This document shows positions 11,842 to 25,110 of a stretch of 64,000 nucleotides of DNA, piece after piece. The notes beneath the pieces were generated by a model. The model worked only from the letters and a program-made list of their open reading frames with translations, did no database searches and had not been told where the DNA came from. The DNA is from Paraphysomonas bandaiensis (lineage: Eukaryota; Protista; Chrysophyceae): assembly GCA_965644295.1 (NCBI GenBank), contig CBFFRP010000348.1, positions 124,001-188,000 on the forward strand, read 5' to 3'. A program made the translations under genes and the position numbers. Position 1 is the first letter of the stretch. Each line of letters opens with the position of its first letter.

Positions 11842-12284
11842 TTCACAGTGTGGTGATGTATATACAGGATATGAAATCAATGTGGATAGATGAGGAGATG
11901 CCGATGCGGATCTTTATGCTTGTGGTAACATGCAGTGGAAGTATGTCATGTGAGATTCGATTCGCTCATACCATACTGCTCGTACTCGTGTATGTACAGT
12001 GTACAGTAGGAGTACTCTACTCTACTGCATCTAGCTAGCTACTCTGTGTCGTATCCCTTGTGCTGTATATGCTGTATATGCTGTATACCGCTGTATGCAA
12101 AAATTCTGTACTTTGGTACGGTATACAAGTACATGTATGCACAGCTGCTGTATAGACGTTCGAACAACAGGCCATACAGCAGCGTATCACTGCAACTAGA
12201 AACAGCGCCATGTGCTCAAAGAATCCATCCATATATACACCGTAACACAGCAACTGCTCGGCATAGACCAGTGAAGAGGTGTAG

Positions 12285-13213
12285 ATGGAGCTACTTTCCA
12301 CCCTTTCCAAGGGGCTGGATGTCGCTGATATGGCATGGGAGGTAAAGTGCCGCGAAGAAGACATGCAGCAGAGGGCCCTTGAGAATGAGCGTCGTCAAGT
12401 GGACGATGCTAGAAGAGCAGTCAACGAGAAGGCTGAGCAGCTGAAGGTTACTATAATCGGGATATGATACGCATGTATTTTGATAGTTTTTGTCAGGCTA
12501 TCAGTGGGTTGTCAGCCCTTGTAGCAGGGTTCGCTATGGTTGTACAGACCAATGTTCCTATTCCGAAGTCATTGGACCCCGTTCTGTTGTGTCTGATGGG
12601 ATCCACTACAGCAGCTGTGGTAAGTATATTGAGGTAATATATTTTTTATTGAAATTGCTTCATATAGGTAGCGTCTATGCTGATTGCAATGTTGAATAGT
12701 ACATTTATTTTGGTTGCAATATTCAAGTACGATTGCCATGTGAGAGACATATCATTTGATAAATTCTGGAGACAGCGGTGCGTGTTATTATATTAAAATC
12801 TATCAGTTGTCTTAGGTTAGATATTTTGGTGTAGCTGCGAAGCTGACTGGCAGCTGTCATACAATGCTTTCACGCTAGGTATTACAGTGACTATTCATAT
12901 TATTGTGGCCATTACTTAGAAAACGCTTATAACTTAGGTATACCACTTTTTCTGGTCATGCTTGCTCAGGTCGGTTGGGTTGTATTCTGGAAGCACCCGT
13001 CGAGAGATATCGCATCTATATTCGTATCAGCCATTGCCTTTCTTACACTGTCGTTTTGGGTTTTGCACACAAAGTACAAGTGGGGAGGAGTACTTGCCAA
13101 GGTATATACGCGGTGCTGATTCTAGCGTTAACATTTTATTGTTTATATATACCTTATAATGTTTGAAATGATATGTTGTATAGGGTCACGTCAAGCTGAC
13201 GTTTCGAAAGTAA
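12285..13213 (+). CDS. Orai/CRAC-like four-TM channel protein, ~6 exons
   Basis: Spliced translation: ...AEQLK|AISGLSALVAGFAMVVQTNVPIP...TTAAV|VASMLIAMLNSTFILVAI...FDKFWRQR|CEADWQLSYNAFTL|GIPLFLVMLAQVGWVVF... This matches Orai TM1 ([21 protein letters not shown]) and TM3 (GTLLFLAEVVLLCWVKF). The last exon is tentative. Confidence 0.82.
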
Positions 13214-13872
13214 ATGCGCTTGGATTCATGTCACTGCATCCTAGTGGTAGCTGGTGTACTGTTTATTTTGTTGATGATCCTTCAGCTGTATATTTGTATT
13301 AGGTAATGGGAGAAGGAATTAGTGGTGAGCTTGGTTAGCTGTTATGTGTATCCCAATATGTATCGGCTGTCGGTACAATATGTTAATGTCAATAGCAATA
13401 AGTGACGTACAATTCAATGTATTCGGAGAGGTAGTAAACTTGTAGAATTGACATAAATATAAACTTCATAGCTTTATAGGGTGCTTCTTTAGTTCTACTT
13501 CTATATAAATATTTCATGTTGTATTTAGAAATGCACTATAAATATACTCTTACTACATAAATCTTTTTAATTAAAGTTTTTCTTGGGTATTTTTAAGACA
13601 TGGTAATTCTACTTGAATAATAAATGTAGTCTGTTTACTGAAGGAGGATAATAGAGGGTGAGTGGAATCCTTAGGACCCTGTTGTCGTTGTTGTGTGTGT
13701 ATACTGTAGTAATGTTGAGTTGAATCCAAGGTGTACATTTTATATAGCTACAAGAGTTGACTTTGTTGTGATTAATCGTACTCCAGTTCACAATACAAAT
13801 ACACATGGTATTCATGTGCAAGGACTTACTTAAATCTCAGGTGAAAACAGAGATACTATTTCGTTACTAAAT

Positions 13873-15539
13873 CTACTTCACAGCACCCCTGAGTTTGTGA
13901 CCAACTTCGCGACGGAACGCCGATGGGGATAACAAAGGAATACGACTAGGTTTGTAAGATAAATAATCGCTATCACTAGCACCTCCCTGAGCTTGATTGT
14001 GCCTCAGTCTACCTCGGTGAGTATTCAGAAGCATAATGTAGCTCTTTTTCGTGTTTTTTGACTTCAAGGCGGCTGAATTGGCCCAGTAAAACTCATGAAG
14101 GCCCTTGTGGGCCCCTCGCCTGTGTTCGTGCCAAATACCAAAATACTGCGCTATAGGTTCGAATGGTGCCCTTCCGAACTGAGGTTCTGGGTCGACGTCA
14201 ATCCAAATACAAAACAGCCCTGACAAAAAGTAAAATAGGAATACATGGAAATTCATATATAGTCACCAGGATTGGACTGTATCTCCTGCAGAGTAGAAAC
14301 ATGGTGGCATGACTGGATCAAATTAATGACTCGTTTCTCGTATGCCGAAGAGACAGCGCTCCCATATGCTGTCTCCCCTCTCGGCCATGACACGGCTGCA
14401 TCCTGGTTGTATGCTATATCACGGAAGTAGCGGTTGTGTGTCTCAAGGTTCATAAATGTGCCTTTAATTCCATTGTGAAAGCTTCTGGGCACCTGAGGAT
14501 ATACAATCTCCCTGCCCTTGTGGATATCAGGTGATCTGAGCCAGTGGTCCCAGTGAGAGTTCGGCCAACGCGCTTCAAGTTCTTTCTTGAAAAGATCTCT
14601 GTATAGAATGCGGTTAGAACTGATTATTGGGTTAACGAGTACTTACCGTGTCAGTAGCCACCCCAGGCCGGGAAAGTAGTCGGTCCTTCTAAGCTCATAC
14701 GGGTCCTGAACAAGCCCCCCAAAACCATTGTCATTCCACGCACTAACCAGCAGAGTACTGGGATCTGTTTCAAGGACAGGGGCGACCGCCACAAAGTACT
14801 TGTAAAAGTCAGGCGAGAAGAGTAGGTCATCCTCTATTACAATCACAGCAGGAGCAGATGGGCGAAGCTCAAAAACTTTGCTGAGAGAGAATTTATAGTG
14901 CGAAGCTATGCGACTTGCACCGTCTCCAGCTGGACCACGGAGGCCTCCGCTAGGAATATTCTGTACAAGCTGTATATCATGCTTCCGTGCAACATCCACC
15001 ACACCAGGCACTTTGCCGTCCTGGAATATAATGATATCTCGTGACACGTCTGTCACTGCCAGCAAAGAAGTAATGGTTTCTTCTAGCAACTCAACTCTAT
15101 TGCACGTCAACAAAGCTATAGGAAATTGTCCACCTTTACTTATAAAATTCGCAATGGGACCATCCGGAAGGCTGCTGTCGAGGCTTTTATCAAGTATATT
15201 GGTATCAGGGCCTTTGCTAAGTACATTGCTGTCACGGTGATTATTAACGATATTACTGTCGGTTTCCATAGATTGAATATTCCCACTAGATTCGACAGTT
15301 TCCGTTTTATCTTGATGTTGTATGAGGGCTTGGCTGCCACTAGACTTTTGGTTTGGTAGTTCAGCTTCACCCACAATCGGAATTCCAGCTGGGTGTTGAA
15401 TAGATGAAGTTTCACCCAAAGTACTACTTGTTGAGACAGTTTCAGCATGAAAAAAACCCAGTAGTCCAAGATTTAGGCCAATACTGAATGCAAGAAAAGA
15501 TGCAAATCCCAATAGGAGTACACGACTTGCAGTGTTCAT
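13873..15539 (-). CDS. MGAT1: Alpha-1,3-mannosyl-glycoprotein beta-1,2-N-acetylglucosaminyltransferase I (GT13)
   Basis: Type II TM anchor and stem, then IASHYKFSL, VIVIEDDLLFSPDF, VSAWNDNG, RTDYFPGLGWL and WP..HWDHWLR across short introns. Confidence 0.92.
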
Positions 15540-15968
15540 GTGTAAAACCTGTTCTTAAAACGCCGACGTAAAACACACTTCGCTGAGACGTTGCAGCAGA
15601 TATCGGCTACTATCTAATCACAGGATCAGAGACATCCAGATGTTAACCAGATTGACCACTCAATGAGATCCTGTTAGCTCATAGCGCGATGAATAGGAGC
15701 GTTGCATGTTGCCATGAGCAAATCCAGTGTTTGATTTGCATCCGATTAACGCACACCGGCCTATAGTTATATACTACACCACTGTATTCCAGTGATAAAA
15801 TAAAACTGAAACTTCATTAACTGAAAAACCCTTCAAGATATCATATAGCCAGAGTGAGGAACGGCAAAAATAGCACACATGAGAGTGTTAAAACCCCTCT
15901 ATTGATTGCACTCCTCTGCAGTGCTTGCGCCTATATTCTCTCGCCACTGTAATTGTGTTATTGTAAAA

Positions 15969-16302
15969 ATGTCGTTGACTGGCAAATACATTGCTCAGAA
16001 TGCTCAGGCTTATTGGAGACAGAGCAACTTGAATTATCTCCAGTATGTGAACGTGTCGTCCAATGTACTCAGGAGAGTTCTGAAGGTCAGTAGCAAGTAT
16101 TTAGTTGGCATCGATACTCATTATTTCAAATTGCAGGAACCTGCTCGTAGCAAGGCTTTTGCCCGTCAAGGAGTCTTTTATAACAAGTCCTTAAATGGTG
16201 GTGACAAGAGTAAGATGTTTGAAGCATATACGTGTCGTGTGGCTAATATCATATTCTGCAGTTCCAGTAACTTCTGTGTTCGCGAAAGCCAGAGCAGTTT
16301 AG
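15969..16302 (+). CDS. ATP15: Mitochondrial F1Fo ATP synthase epsilon subunit, 3 exons
   Basis: AYWRQSNLNYLQYVNVSSNVLRRVLK|EPARSKAFAR motif. Introns near 16086-16137 and 16210-16261. Confidence 0.85.
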
Positions 16303-17676
16303 TGAGTATATTTTGGGGCTCTCATTATCCTGTTCTATTTCTATTGTAAACAAACAAATAATTTATTTTGCTTGCTTGTGGAGTTTGACTTGGAGCTGTT
16401 ACGTGTACATTACACAGTAGAACATCCACTAAGCTACTACTCTGAGGTCAGTTTTTACTAGCTATTAAATAGAATCGCAAATTAAGTTTGACTACATGCA
16501 TTTCGGGGTCACATCTGCAGTCCACAGCGTGCCACGGCAAGAGCTCCATATTGCTAATACTTAATGCTTTTATATACATCGTATTGTAAGAAGGTAGCTT
16601 CCCAACAACATTGTTGCCATACTTTTCTAACCGGTCCAACAATACCATTGCAATATACTAATATAATATCAATTAGCATCTATATACATGCGTATATTCC
16701 ATTTTTGTTTATATTTTTAAAAAACCTTCTGTGCTCACCATGCAACCAAAGAAAAATTACCTAATACGTGCGTACTAGCTAATCGCAGTCTCCCATAGAC
16801 TTATTCCTACATCACTACACTGTTCGTTCAAAATTAAGTCAATTATATAGGAATCCAGCCACAATGGTGAAGCCAATATCATATGCAATATGCATAGTAT
16901 TATATTAGATATACATGACAAAACTTTTTGGTTTGAGTAGTAGGTGCTTACAAGAATACAGTGTACAATATACGTGCATACCTAAATACATAGTATCATA
17001 CATCGTAGTATATACTAAATACTAGTATTGATTATTACCAAACGTTGCAAATATGTCATTTAGATTCTAGATTGTTACCAAGCCTTGCAAGGTGTTAATT
17101 TAGTGAGGAATGTTGTATTTATATAGGTATATACCGTGATCTAAGAGGTATAATAGCAGTACCAGTTTTAACTTCTTAATATGTCGGTATTAGTGTAGTA
17201 GCTAATAGCTAGGATATATGATATATTAATAAATGACGAAATCATTGAGAATGGAAAACACTTAGGCTTGACCCTTCGTCTACCTTTAGAATTCCCTTTT
17301 TAGATTTTAAGTTTCCACTTATACTAGAAAAAAGTTCGTCAACAATAGCTTCTTTCTGATTTATTTACACTTAACGTGCCTGTCTTCTTTGTTCATAATT
17401 TTACCTACTCTTGAAGTCTAATTACATATATTTGCTTTTTCACACATTCCTTCGTACTTGTGCTGTTTATAAGAGAAAAAGGTATAGCAGGTACATTCTA
17501 ACCATAGATCATACGCCCCATCATTCACTACTTCAAGAGACATGAATCTAAGAAAAACGTAAAATACATTCGATGGAGGCTTATATCATGCAACAGGCAT
17601 ATCATATTGTACGTAAATTGTAATTAATATCACATGTAAACTATTAGACAGATACTGAAAGTATTAACAATTGTTA

Positions 17677-18218
17677 CTATATCTCTGCTACTAAAAATAG
17701 TATCTACCACTGTATGCGGTGGCAAACATCTTCCATATGGCTAATAAATGAGACGAGCTGTTCACACACTGGTGATTCACTTAACGTAGTCTCTAAATAT
17801 AAGCAAGAACAGAATAGTTGCCACCACTTTTTCATTCCTTTCTGAACCTAACCACATCGTCGTTCGGTCTGTATAAATAGTACAGAACTGAGAGAAGAAT
17901 AGATATTAACCCAGTATATACATTTCCATAGAGTGAATTGATCACTCTGTTATACATTTTAATCCACTCTGAGTCTACCCAGCTTTCGCCTTTGTCCGGG
18001 TTGCAAGCGGTGATGCTGCGTGCAGCCAGTCCCAGTACTCGTGATTAAACCCACCTAGCAGTGAGAAAGGGATTCCTATCAATAAGCTATTCACTAGTGT
18101 GAATACATTGACGACGTTGTCGACCTCCTGCACAGTGCACTGATCCTTGAAATAGAAGATATCTGCAAAGGAACTTTCATTGAAACGGTTCAGCAATTGC
18201 TCCCTCAGTGTCAGACGA
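17677..18218 (-). pseudogene. Inverted, 5'-truncated, frameshifted copy of the gene at 18743-19411
   Basis: Reverse complement is near-identical to ~18800-19190 (LNRFNESSFA.IFYFKDQCTVQEVD...). It has a 1-bp deletion after WLHAA and is degraded distally. Confidence 0.88.
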
Positions 18219-18742
18219 GTACTCTAATGACAAGGGTCACTCGAAGGCTCATCAGTGTAGCATATATATACCCGAAATTGTACGAGTAGGTATTACTACT
18301 ACGGCTGTATCATGCTACGCAGTTCACAATAAACTCACACTAGAGCTATCAGTCGCATTGACAGATTTAGCCCTGCATTCCAATTGCTATTGGATTGCAG
18401 CAGGATGGCTCGATGATATAGTCCCATGAGTGTCGATCAATGATGCTGCTGTAGCTATATCTAGATACACTCCATCTACATACTGCCTGGGCGGATACGT
18501 ACTCCATACGCAGTACGAAGTGTACTCTGCTGTACAGTGTAGCTCATGAGGTAGAATACCGTAGTTCAGAGGAGTGTATTCTCTGTACTCTGTTGTGCGT
18601 CAGAGGAGGTCAGTATCTTTTAGCTAGCTCCAGAGCTTTTCGAGGACATCTAGACGCATATCCATACAGTATCTAGCTAAGAATATATACGCACTGAACA
18701 ATATGTGCTGTACAATCATGACTTGGAGGCAGCTTTAACTCG

Positions 18743-19411
18743 ATGACATCTGTAACTAGTCCAGCAACTCCAACAACAAAATCTGGTTATTCTAGTATTC
18801 GTCTGACACTGAGGGAGCAATTGCTGAACCGTTTCAATGAAAGTTCCTTTGCAAATATCTTCTATTTCAAGGATCAGTGCACTGTGCAGGAGGTCGACAA
18901 CGTCGTCAATGTATTCACACTAGTGAATAGCTTATTGATAGGAATCCCTTTCTCACTGCTAGGTGGGTTTAATCAAGAGTACTGGGACTGGCTGCACGCA
19001 GCCATCACTGCTTGCAACCCGGACAAAGGCGAAAGCTGGGTAGACTCAGAGTGGATTAAAATGTATAACAGAGTGATCAATTCAGTCTATGGAAATGTGT
19101 ATACGGGGTTAATATCTATTCTTCTTTCAGTTCTGTACTATTTATACAGACCAAACGACGATGTGGTTAGGTTCAGAAACTGGTGGAACAGTGGTAGCAA
19201 GTACCCTGTTCTACTCATGTTTTTAGGCACTACATTGAACGTTGTTTTAGTCTGCACTTTGATGGGAGTTATTCACCAATATGTGAACAGTTCATCTCAT
19301 TTATGTGCCATATGGAACCCAGATACGTTTGCACGTAGTACATTTGCGACCGGGCTTGGAGGTACTATATTCTTCTTAGTTGTAGTAATATCGTCATATG
19401 TTATGTTGTGA
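18743..19411 (+). CDS. Hypothetical multi-pass membrane protein (222 aa, ~4 TM)
   Basis: Intronless ORF with four hydrophobic segments. Family not recognised. Confidence 0.7.
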   Translation: MTSVTSPATPTTKSGYSSIRLTLREQLLNRFNESSFANIFYFKDQCTVQEVDNVVNVFTLVNSLLIGIPFSLLGGFNQEYWDWLHAAITACNPDKGESWVDSEWIKMYNRVINSVYGNVYTGLISILLSVLYYLYRPNDDVVRFRNWWNSGSKYPVLLMFLGTTLNVVLVCTLMGVIHQYVNSSSHLCAIWNPDTFARSTFATGLGGTIFFLVVVISSYVML

Positions 19412-20267
19412 TTCTACTACGTGTCCACTACTGCATAATGTACTAGTGTCATTCGTGTTACTTTTTCTTTTAAATGAAATAAAATTGTCAACATATAAAA
19501 GAAGTGTACTTCCGCACAATATATATATTGCCCCTATCGAAACTAAACACCCACTGCACAACCAATATCCCAACCAATATACTCATGCCAGCAGAGCACC
19601 CCACATACCGCATCTCCCCCCCGACCGTCCTTAATCTCCTCAAAGCTACATTCACCCTTAGACGACCACACACAGGCGATTCGAACACGACCATACGCGG
19701 CCAACCCATACCGAAGACAACTACTACTTGTCCTCCGACCTAAAAAGAACCACCAGACGAACTCCACCTCACACCCCCTAGCTACCCCGCGGCCCGCGAC
19801 AATATCCCAACACGAGCCTCATAGGCGTTTTACTCAAAGGGAGATGACCATATTGCCCACAGAAATGCACAAGTAGTCCCGACGTGGTACGAAGAAAGGA
19901 TAACATTTTGATGTTACAAAGGACAGTTATAATAATGACAAGATAGCACTCCCAAGTAGCACTCTACAAAAGCATTATATAGGAAACCCTTGTTCAAACA
20001 ATTCGACTAGCTCAGTAGTAATAATCAGACATTTAAGAGGTACCAATTTGCACTCTGAGAACAATCACCTGTAATATAATATCTGAATGGCTACTAAAAA
20101 GTTATTGTCACATGGGCACTAGCTATTCGATATAAAGTGTTCACGTACCACGTCCAAGCGTACTACATAATATATTACATCACATGATAATTCATTAGAC
20201 TTATTAACTGACCACAGAGAGCTCAGGAAAAACAACAAATTACACCACACTATACTATACTATACAT

Positions 20268-20686
20268 CTATTCTACAGGATTTTCGCTCCTAGAGCGGAA
20301 TAACTATTCCACATACCACAATGTACTTACGTTTGCCATTGCAATTCTGCTCTTTCGCGCAATGTTTCAACAGCTCTCTCAATTTCTATTATCCATGTAT
20401 TCTTAATCTCTTCAGTTGGTGCGCTCATCAATAAAAAATTTTTCTTACTTGATCCTTCTGCCTGCAGCGCGAATAAATTATTTCTACCAGAAGCATACCC
20501 ATCCACTAAGTTTGTTACAGCAGAGTCTAATGCAATTATAAATTCTCCCTTCTTAACGGACCTCGACTCATCCACATAATATGCCAATGTGAAGTTATTC
20601 TCATTATCTTCGCTGGGCTCGAGCACAACCCACCGCCGCTTCCATGTCTTGAATGTGTGTCCTTGCTTCTCCAACCAACCTTCCAT
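20268..20686 (-). CDS. Small PH-domain protein
   Basis: MEGWLEKQGHTFKTWKRRWVVL...EEIKNTWIIEI is a canonical PH domain. A probable short terminal exon follows the GTAAG intron at 20330. Confidence 0.85.
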
Positions 20687-21124
20687 ATAGCTTTATATTT
20701 CCAGCTACTCGTTCTACTCTATTCGTGAAGAAGTGTATCACTCCTATTCACACCCAAGCTGACAGATTCTCTCTATGGCTCTATGTCTGTATATACGTGT
20801 ATGTATGTACCTGCATGTTGATAGGAGTATCGTGCATCTAGTTCTAGATTTACAGCACAGTGTACAGAGGAGTATACACTGTATTTCATACATATGGCAA
20901 TGCAGAGAGCGGTATACTGGATCAGTATACATAATACAATGGACAAATTAAATTGCACTCTCCATAATTAGCGATGTATGATTGGTACACTGACTAAGTA
21001 TGGGACGCAGCAAGTACTCCATTACGACGGCCTTGAGTTAATGTGTCTGCTATAGCAATCGTTCAGACATATCTCGCCCTCCACAGGCAGTGCCGATGCT
21101 GCAACGATAAGAGACTGATTCAAT

Positions 21125-23941
21125 ATGCCCAGATCGATTTCTGATTCACCGAAATATAAGAAGAGAACCGATATATTTGTGGGTGCTCTGGTGGCGTTCA
21201 TTATATGTGGGGTGTAAGTGCACTGCTTATGTGTGTTGTCTATAGTAAATTGCGTATGCAGTGGATTGCTCTATTTTCTCGCTATAAGTAGCCATCTTGA
21301 AAGTAGAAGTGACGACCTCAAGGTCAAAACCAGGTCGGTGTACAGTTTCAATGTTAATCAGACTTCGGCTAAAGACAAGGTAACCAATCATTATGTACAT
21401 GCGCTATCTTAAAAGGAGTAGGTCTTAGATCTACTTCCCCCGTCGACCCACTGGTTGAAATCGCAAAACAACACAGCTGATGACTTGCCAGATTGGACGG
21501 TGGAGCATTGGACACCAATTGAAGTAAGACATACAAGAGGTAGTGATGCGGACCTCGTTCTGTGCAAACTTGACTTCAGAAGTTACTACCACGCTCCGCA
21601 TGTTGTCCCGATGTTCAAAGATCTTGTTCGCATATCTAGTTGTAAAGATACGAGGAAGAGGCAGCAACTGAGCTCGGTGCTTCAAGAAATCGAGAGCTCC
21701 AAAGGAACACTGTCTGGCCGAGTGGTGCACCCTACGGCCTTCATATTTCATGAAAGTCGGGTCGGTTCTACTTTGGTAGCGAATTTATTTGCCTCATCAC
21801 CCTGGGCAATGGTAATGCATATACCTGCTACTTGCCTCTGTAATGTACTCTCAGGTGTATTCAGAATCGTCGCCGACTTTTGATGCGATTATGGCTTGCA
21901 AGCAGTGTACCAGGGCGGAGCACATTCAACTATTTCGGGGCGTGGTTACTGCAATGGGCCGCAGTCCCGTACACCGCATGATGTTTTTCAAATTTCAGTC
22001 TATCACCTCTACTGTAATGGATATTGTTCTTGAGGTAATGACTTTTTGGTATTTGAACATATTTTCATAGCAGTCCACAGGCGTATCCAGATGTGCCGTG
22101 GGTATTCTTGTACCGAAATCCCATACAGACTGTTATGTCCCATTTACTCCCTCGGGGATCTAGAGGAAAAGTGGCGCAGTCAGCACCCTGCTTGCGATCG
22201 AGGTATAGTCCTCCTGCGAAAGTCAAACAGATGATGGAGAGGCATGCGACTGTGAGGGGATCTGACAGTACTGAGGCATGGTGCGCTGCTCACCTGAATA
22301 TGCTATGCGAGCATGCTTTGGAGGCTTATGCCGCTCATGGGTTGTACCCTTTGTCAGGAAAGCAGCGGGGACTATTGGTGAACTATGATAGTCTCCCGGG
22401 CATTGTCCCGAGAGTACTATTTCCCATGCTGGGTTTACATCCTTCGGATCAATGGTTGGATAAAATGAACGCTGAATCGTCACAGTACTCCAAGGCCAGA
22501 ACAGACGAAAAATCATTTGCTGGAGACTCAGAAGATAAAGAAGAGAGAGCGTCGGAGGAGATTGTGAAGTGGGCGTCTGCAATGTTGGATGAGTCCTACA
22601 ATCAACTGGATAGTCTTTCGGCCAGAGGGATTCAGAATGTTGTCAAAGAAGGGATGGGCGTACAGTCGTCATCGTTGAAGGAGATACCGAAAGACAGTAT
22701 TAGTGTAATGAAACCGATAGAGAATAGTCTTGCTCCAGGTGGTGCGGCATTACCTGAAGTCAATGTTGTGGACGTCATTGCCACTGACACTGGAACAGGG
22801 AGTGGATCGAACAGGAGAAATCCCATAACAAATAGAATTGATGTGGGGCCATTCTCAGGCGATGTAAACTCGTCTCGTTTTGAGGTAAGAAGGTATTGTT
22901 GTAAGGAATCTCAATAACGTTTTTTTTGCAATGGAAGCGCGTTCGATGTCCACCTGTTCCTGTCAAGGGGTACCCTAAAGCGTATAATATGAAGGATGTG
23001 CTGGACAATTGGAATACAGGTATCGCTTTTAATGATATGAAATGTGACATGCAATAACAACGACTACAGATGATACCAGTGTGCCTTCATTTCACTACAA
23101 TTCTCTATGCTATTTTGACTATCAAACGGAATACAATTCTGCACTTGCATACCGAAGGGCAGAGGTGCCGTTTGTTGTGTACAATATCCCCGAGGTGGAT
23201 GCTGTCGTAGAGAAGTGGAAGGACATGGACTACATCAACAATTTGGTTGGTGCAGACCACAAGTACGAAACAGAAACATCTGAAGATAATCATTTCATGT
23301 ACTATTCAAAATTGGACAAGAAACATAAGTATAAAGACCAGTCTGGTCTTCACCCATGGAAGAAACCAACTGGCCAGGTGAGTATGACATTCTCGGAATG
23401 GCTAGAAAAGGCAAAGGTGGGACACAACCGAACATTGACTGAGAGAGAGCATTTTTATTTCAGAGTGAGTTCCACCGGGGCAGGACATTTTTTATTCAAT
23501 GAGTTGCCATTTTATCGTCCTAAACCATCTCTTTTTATCGTCGATCCTTCTAAACAACGAGGAATACATTGTCGATTTGGAATGTCATCAGTTATTGCGG
23601 AGGCTCATTTTGATGGTAGCAGGAATTATGCCGCTAGTTTAGGGGGATTGCGACGTTGGATATTGGCCCATCCAAACCAGTGCGATTCACTCTACCTTCT
23701 CCCACAGGGACACCCTTCAGCAAGACATAGTTCTGTAGACTGGTCCAAGCCAGACTACGGAAGATTCCCGAAATTTTCTACTGCCCAAGTTAATGAAATT
23801 ATTGTGCGACCGGGAAATGTTTTGTATCTTCCCACAGCATGGTTTCACTATATAGTCTCTCTTAACATAAACTTTCAGTGTAATACGCGATCTGGAAAAA
23901 CAACTACTTATGATTCAGATTTACGTATGTGTGGATTCTAG
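21125..23941 (+). CDS. Type II membrane protein with sulfotransferase-like P-loop domain and C-terminal JmjC/cupin-8 domain, multi-exon
   Basis: N-terminal TM (IFVGALVAFIICG), FIFHESRVGSTLVAN and PWVFLYRNP (sulfotransferase-like), AEAHFD...PGNVLYLPTAWFHYI (JmjC HxD...H). Exons are joined by GT-AG introns. Confidence 0.75.
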
Positions 23942-25110
23942 GTGCAGGAATGACATATGTAAATTAATATATTTGATGTGGTTTCATAATTGCCACTGTT
24001 TGAAAGGTTTTCTTGTTGATTCACTCTATTTGAAATGAACATGCGGTCATTACACATACACAGTTTAATTAATAACGGATTGGTCTTGGAATCACATCCG
24101 TGTATGTGGTAGATGGGCAAGATAGTAATAAATCGACAAGAAGGAAATTCACTAAGTCCACACCAAAATAATAATATACGGCCTGTGTACAAGACTACAT
24201 CCTAAGAAACGGGAGCCAATTAAGCAGTGTTTACGGATATTTATATATTTACTTCAATAACTTGATGATTATAAATTGGTCTACTTCAATAATACATTTC
24301 ATCTTATTATACAGTGCAGGGAAGTCAGTTATCGTTTACTTTATTCGTAGTCATCTCTGAATCATTGATAGAGCACCAAATCATAGATTACTCTGAATCT
24401 CTGAACATAGTCATATATTGTCAGTAAACATCACTGAAAGTCGTGAGTACTTTGATCTATATCATAATATGTATGTATAGCCATTACTTCCCTCCGCTGC
24501 CCAACATGCTTATTTCTCTATTGCTGTTGATCTTGCATTACCAAACACAGCTTTTCCATCATTGTGAAATGTGGTACACGTTATTGTTATTTGTATGTGA
24601 TGTAAATGCCCAGTCTGTGTCCACATCCCCTGTGCTCGACAGACTAACCCATCGCAGTGTTGCTGTGTGCTGCTGGATATGCATACTGATAGAGTGCAGG
24701 GACGACACCTGTAACTATTATTCGTGTTTTTCATAAAATTCTGCTATTTTGTTTCCTCACTAGCATTATATATTTCTGTATTTTTCTCTTACGAAAAGTG
24801 GGCATTTTTAATAAAATTTAGCGATTCTTCCATTCTCAATAACGTCTAGATTGGACTGCTGTATGAGGTGTAGAGTGTAGAGGTGTATGTATGAGGGAGG
24901 CTGTATACTGTATACTCTTGTACATATACATACATAGGCATGTCCTGCCTGCAGCCAGCATGTTGACAGTGATTTCACCTCATCGCTAACGACACAAACA
25001 TAACTACTGAACACTCAGAGATTGCTCTGCTCCATCACAACCATTCATACGGATGTAAGGGTATCTACTTGACACTTGAGACTCTGCAGGTAGTGAAGGA
25101 GCCCATCAAT

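Noticed and set aside
19430-19890. Several overlapping 70-80-aa ORFs
   Set aside because: No recognisable domain or consistent exon structure.
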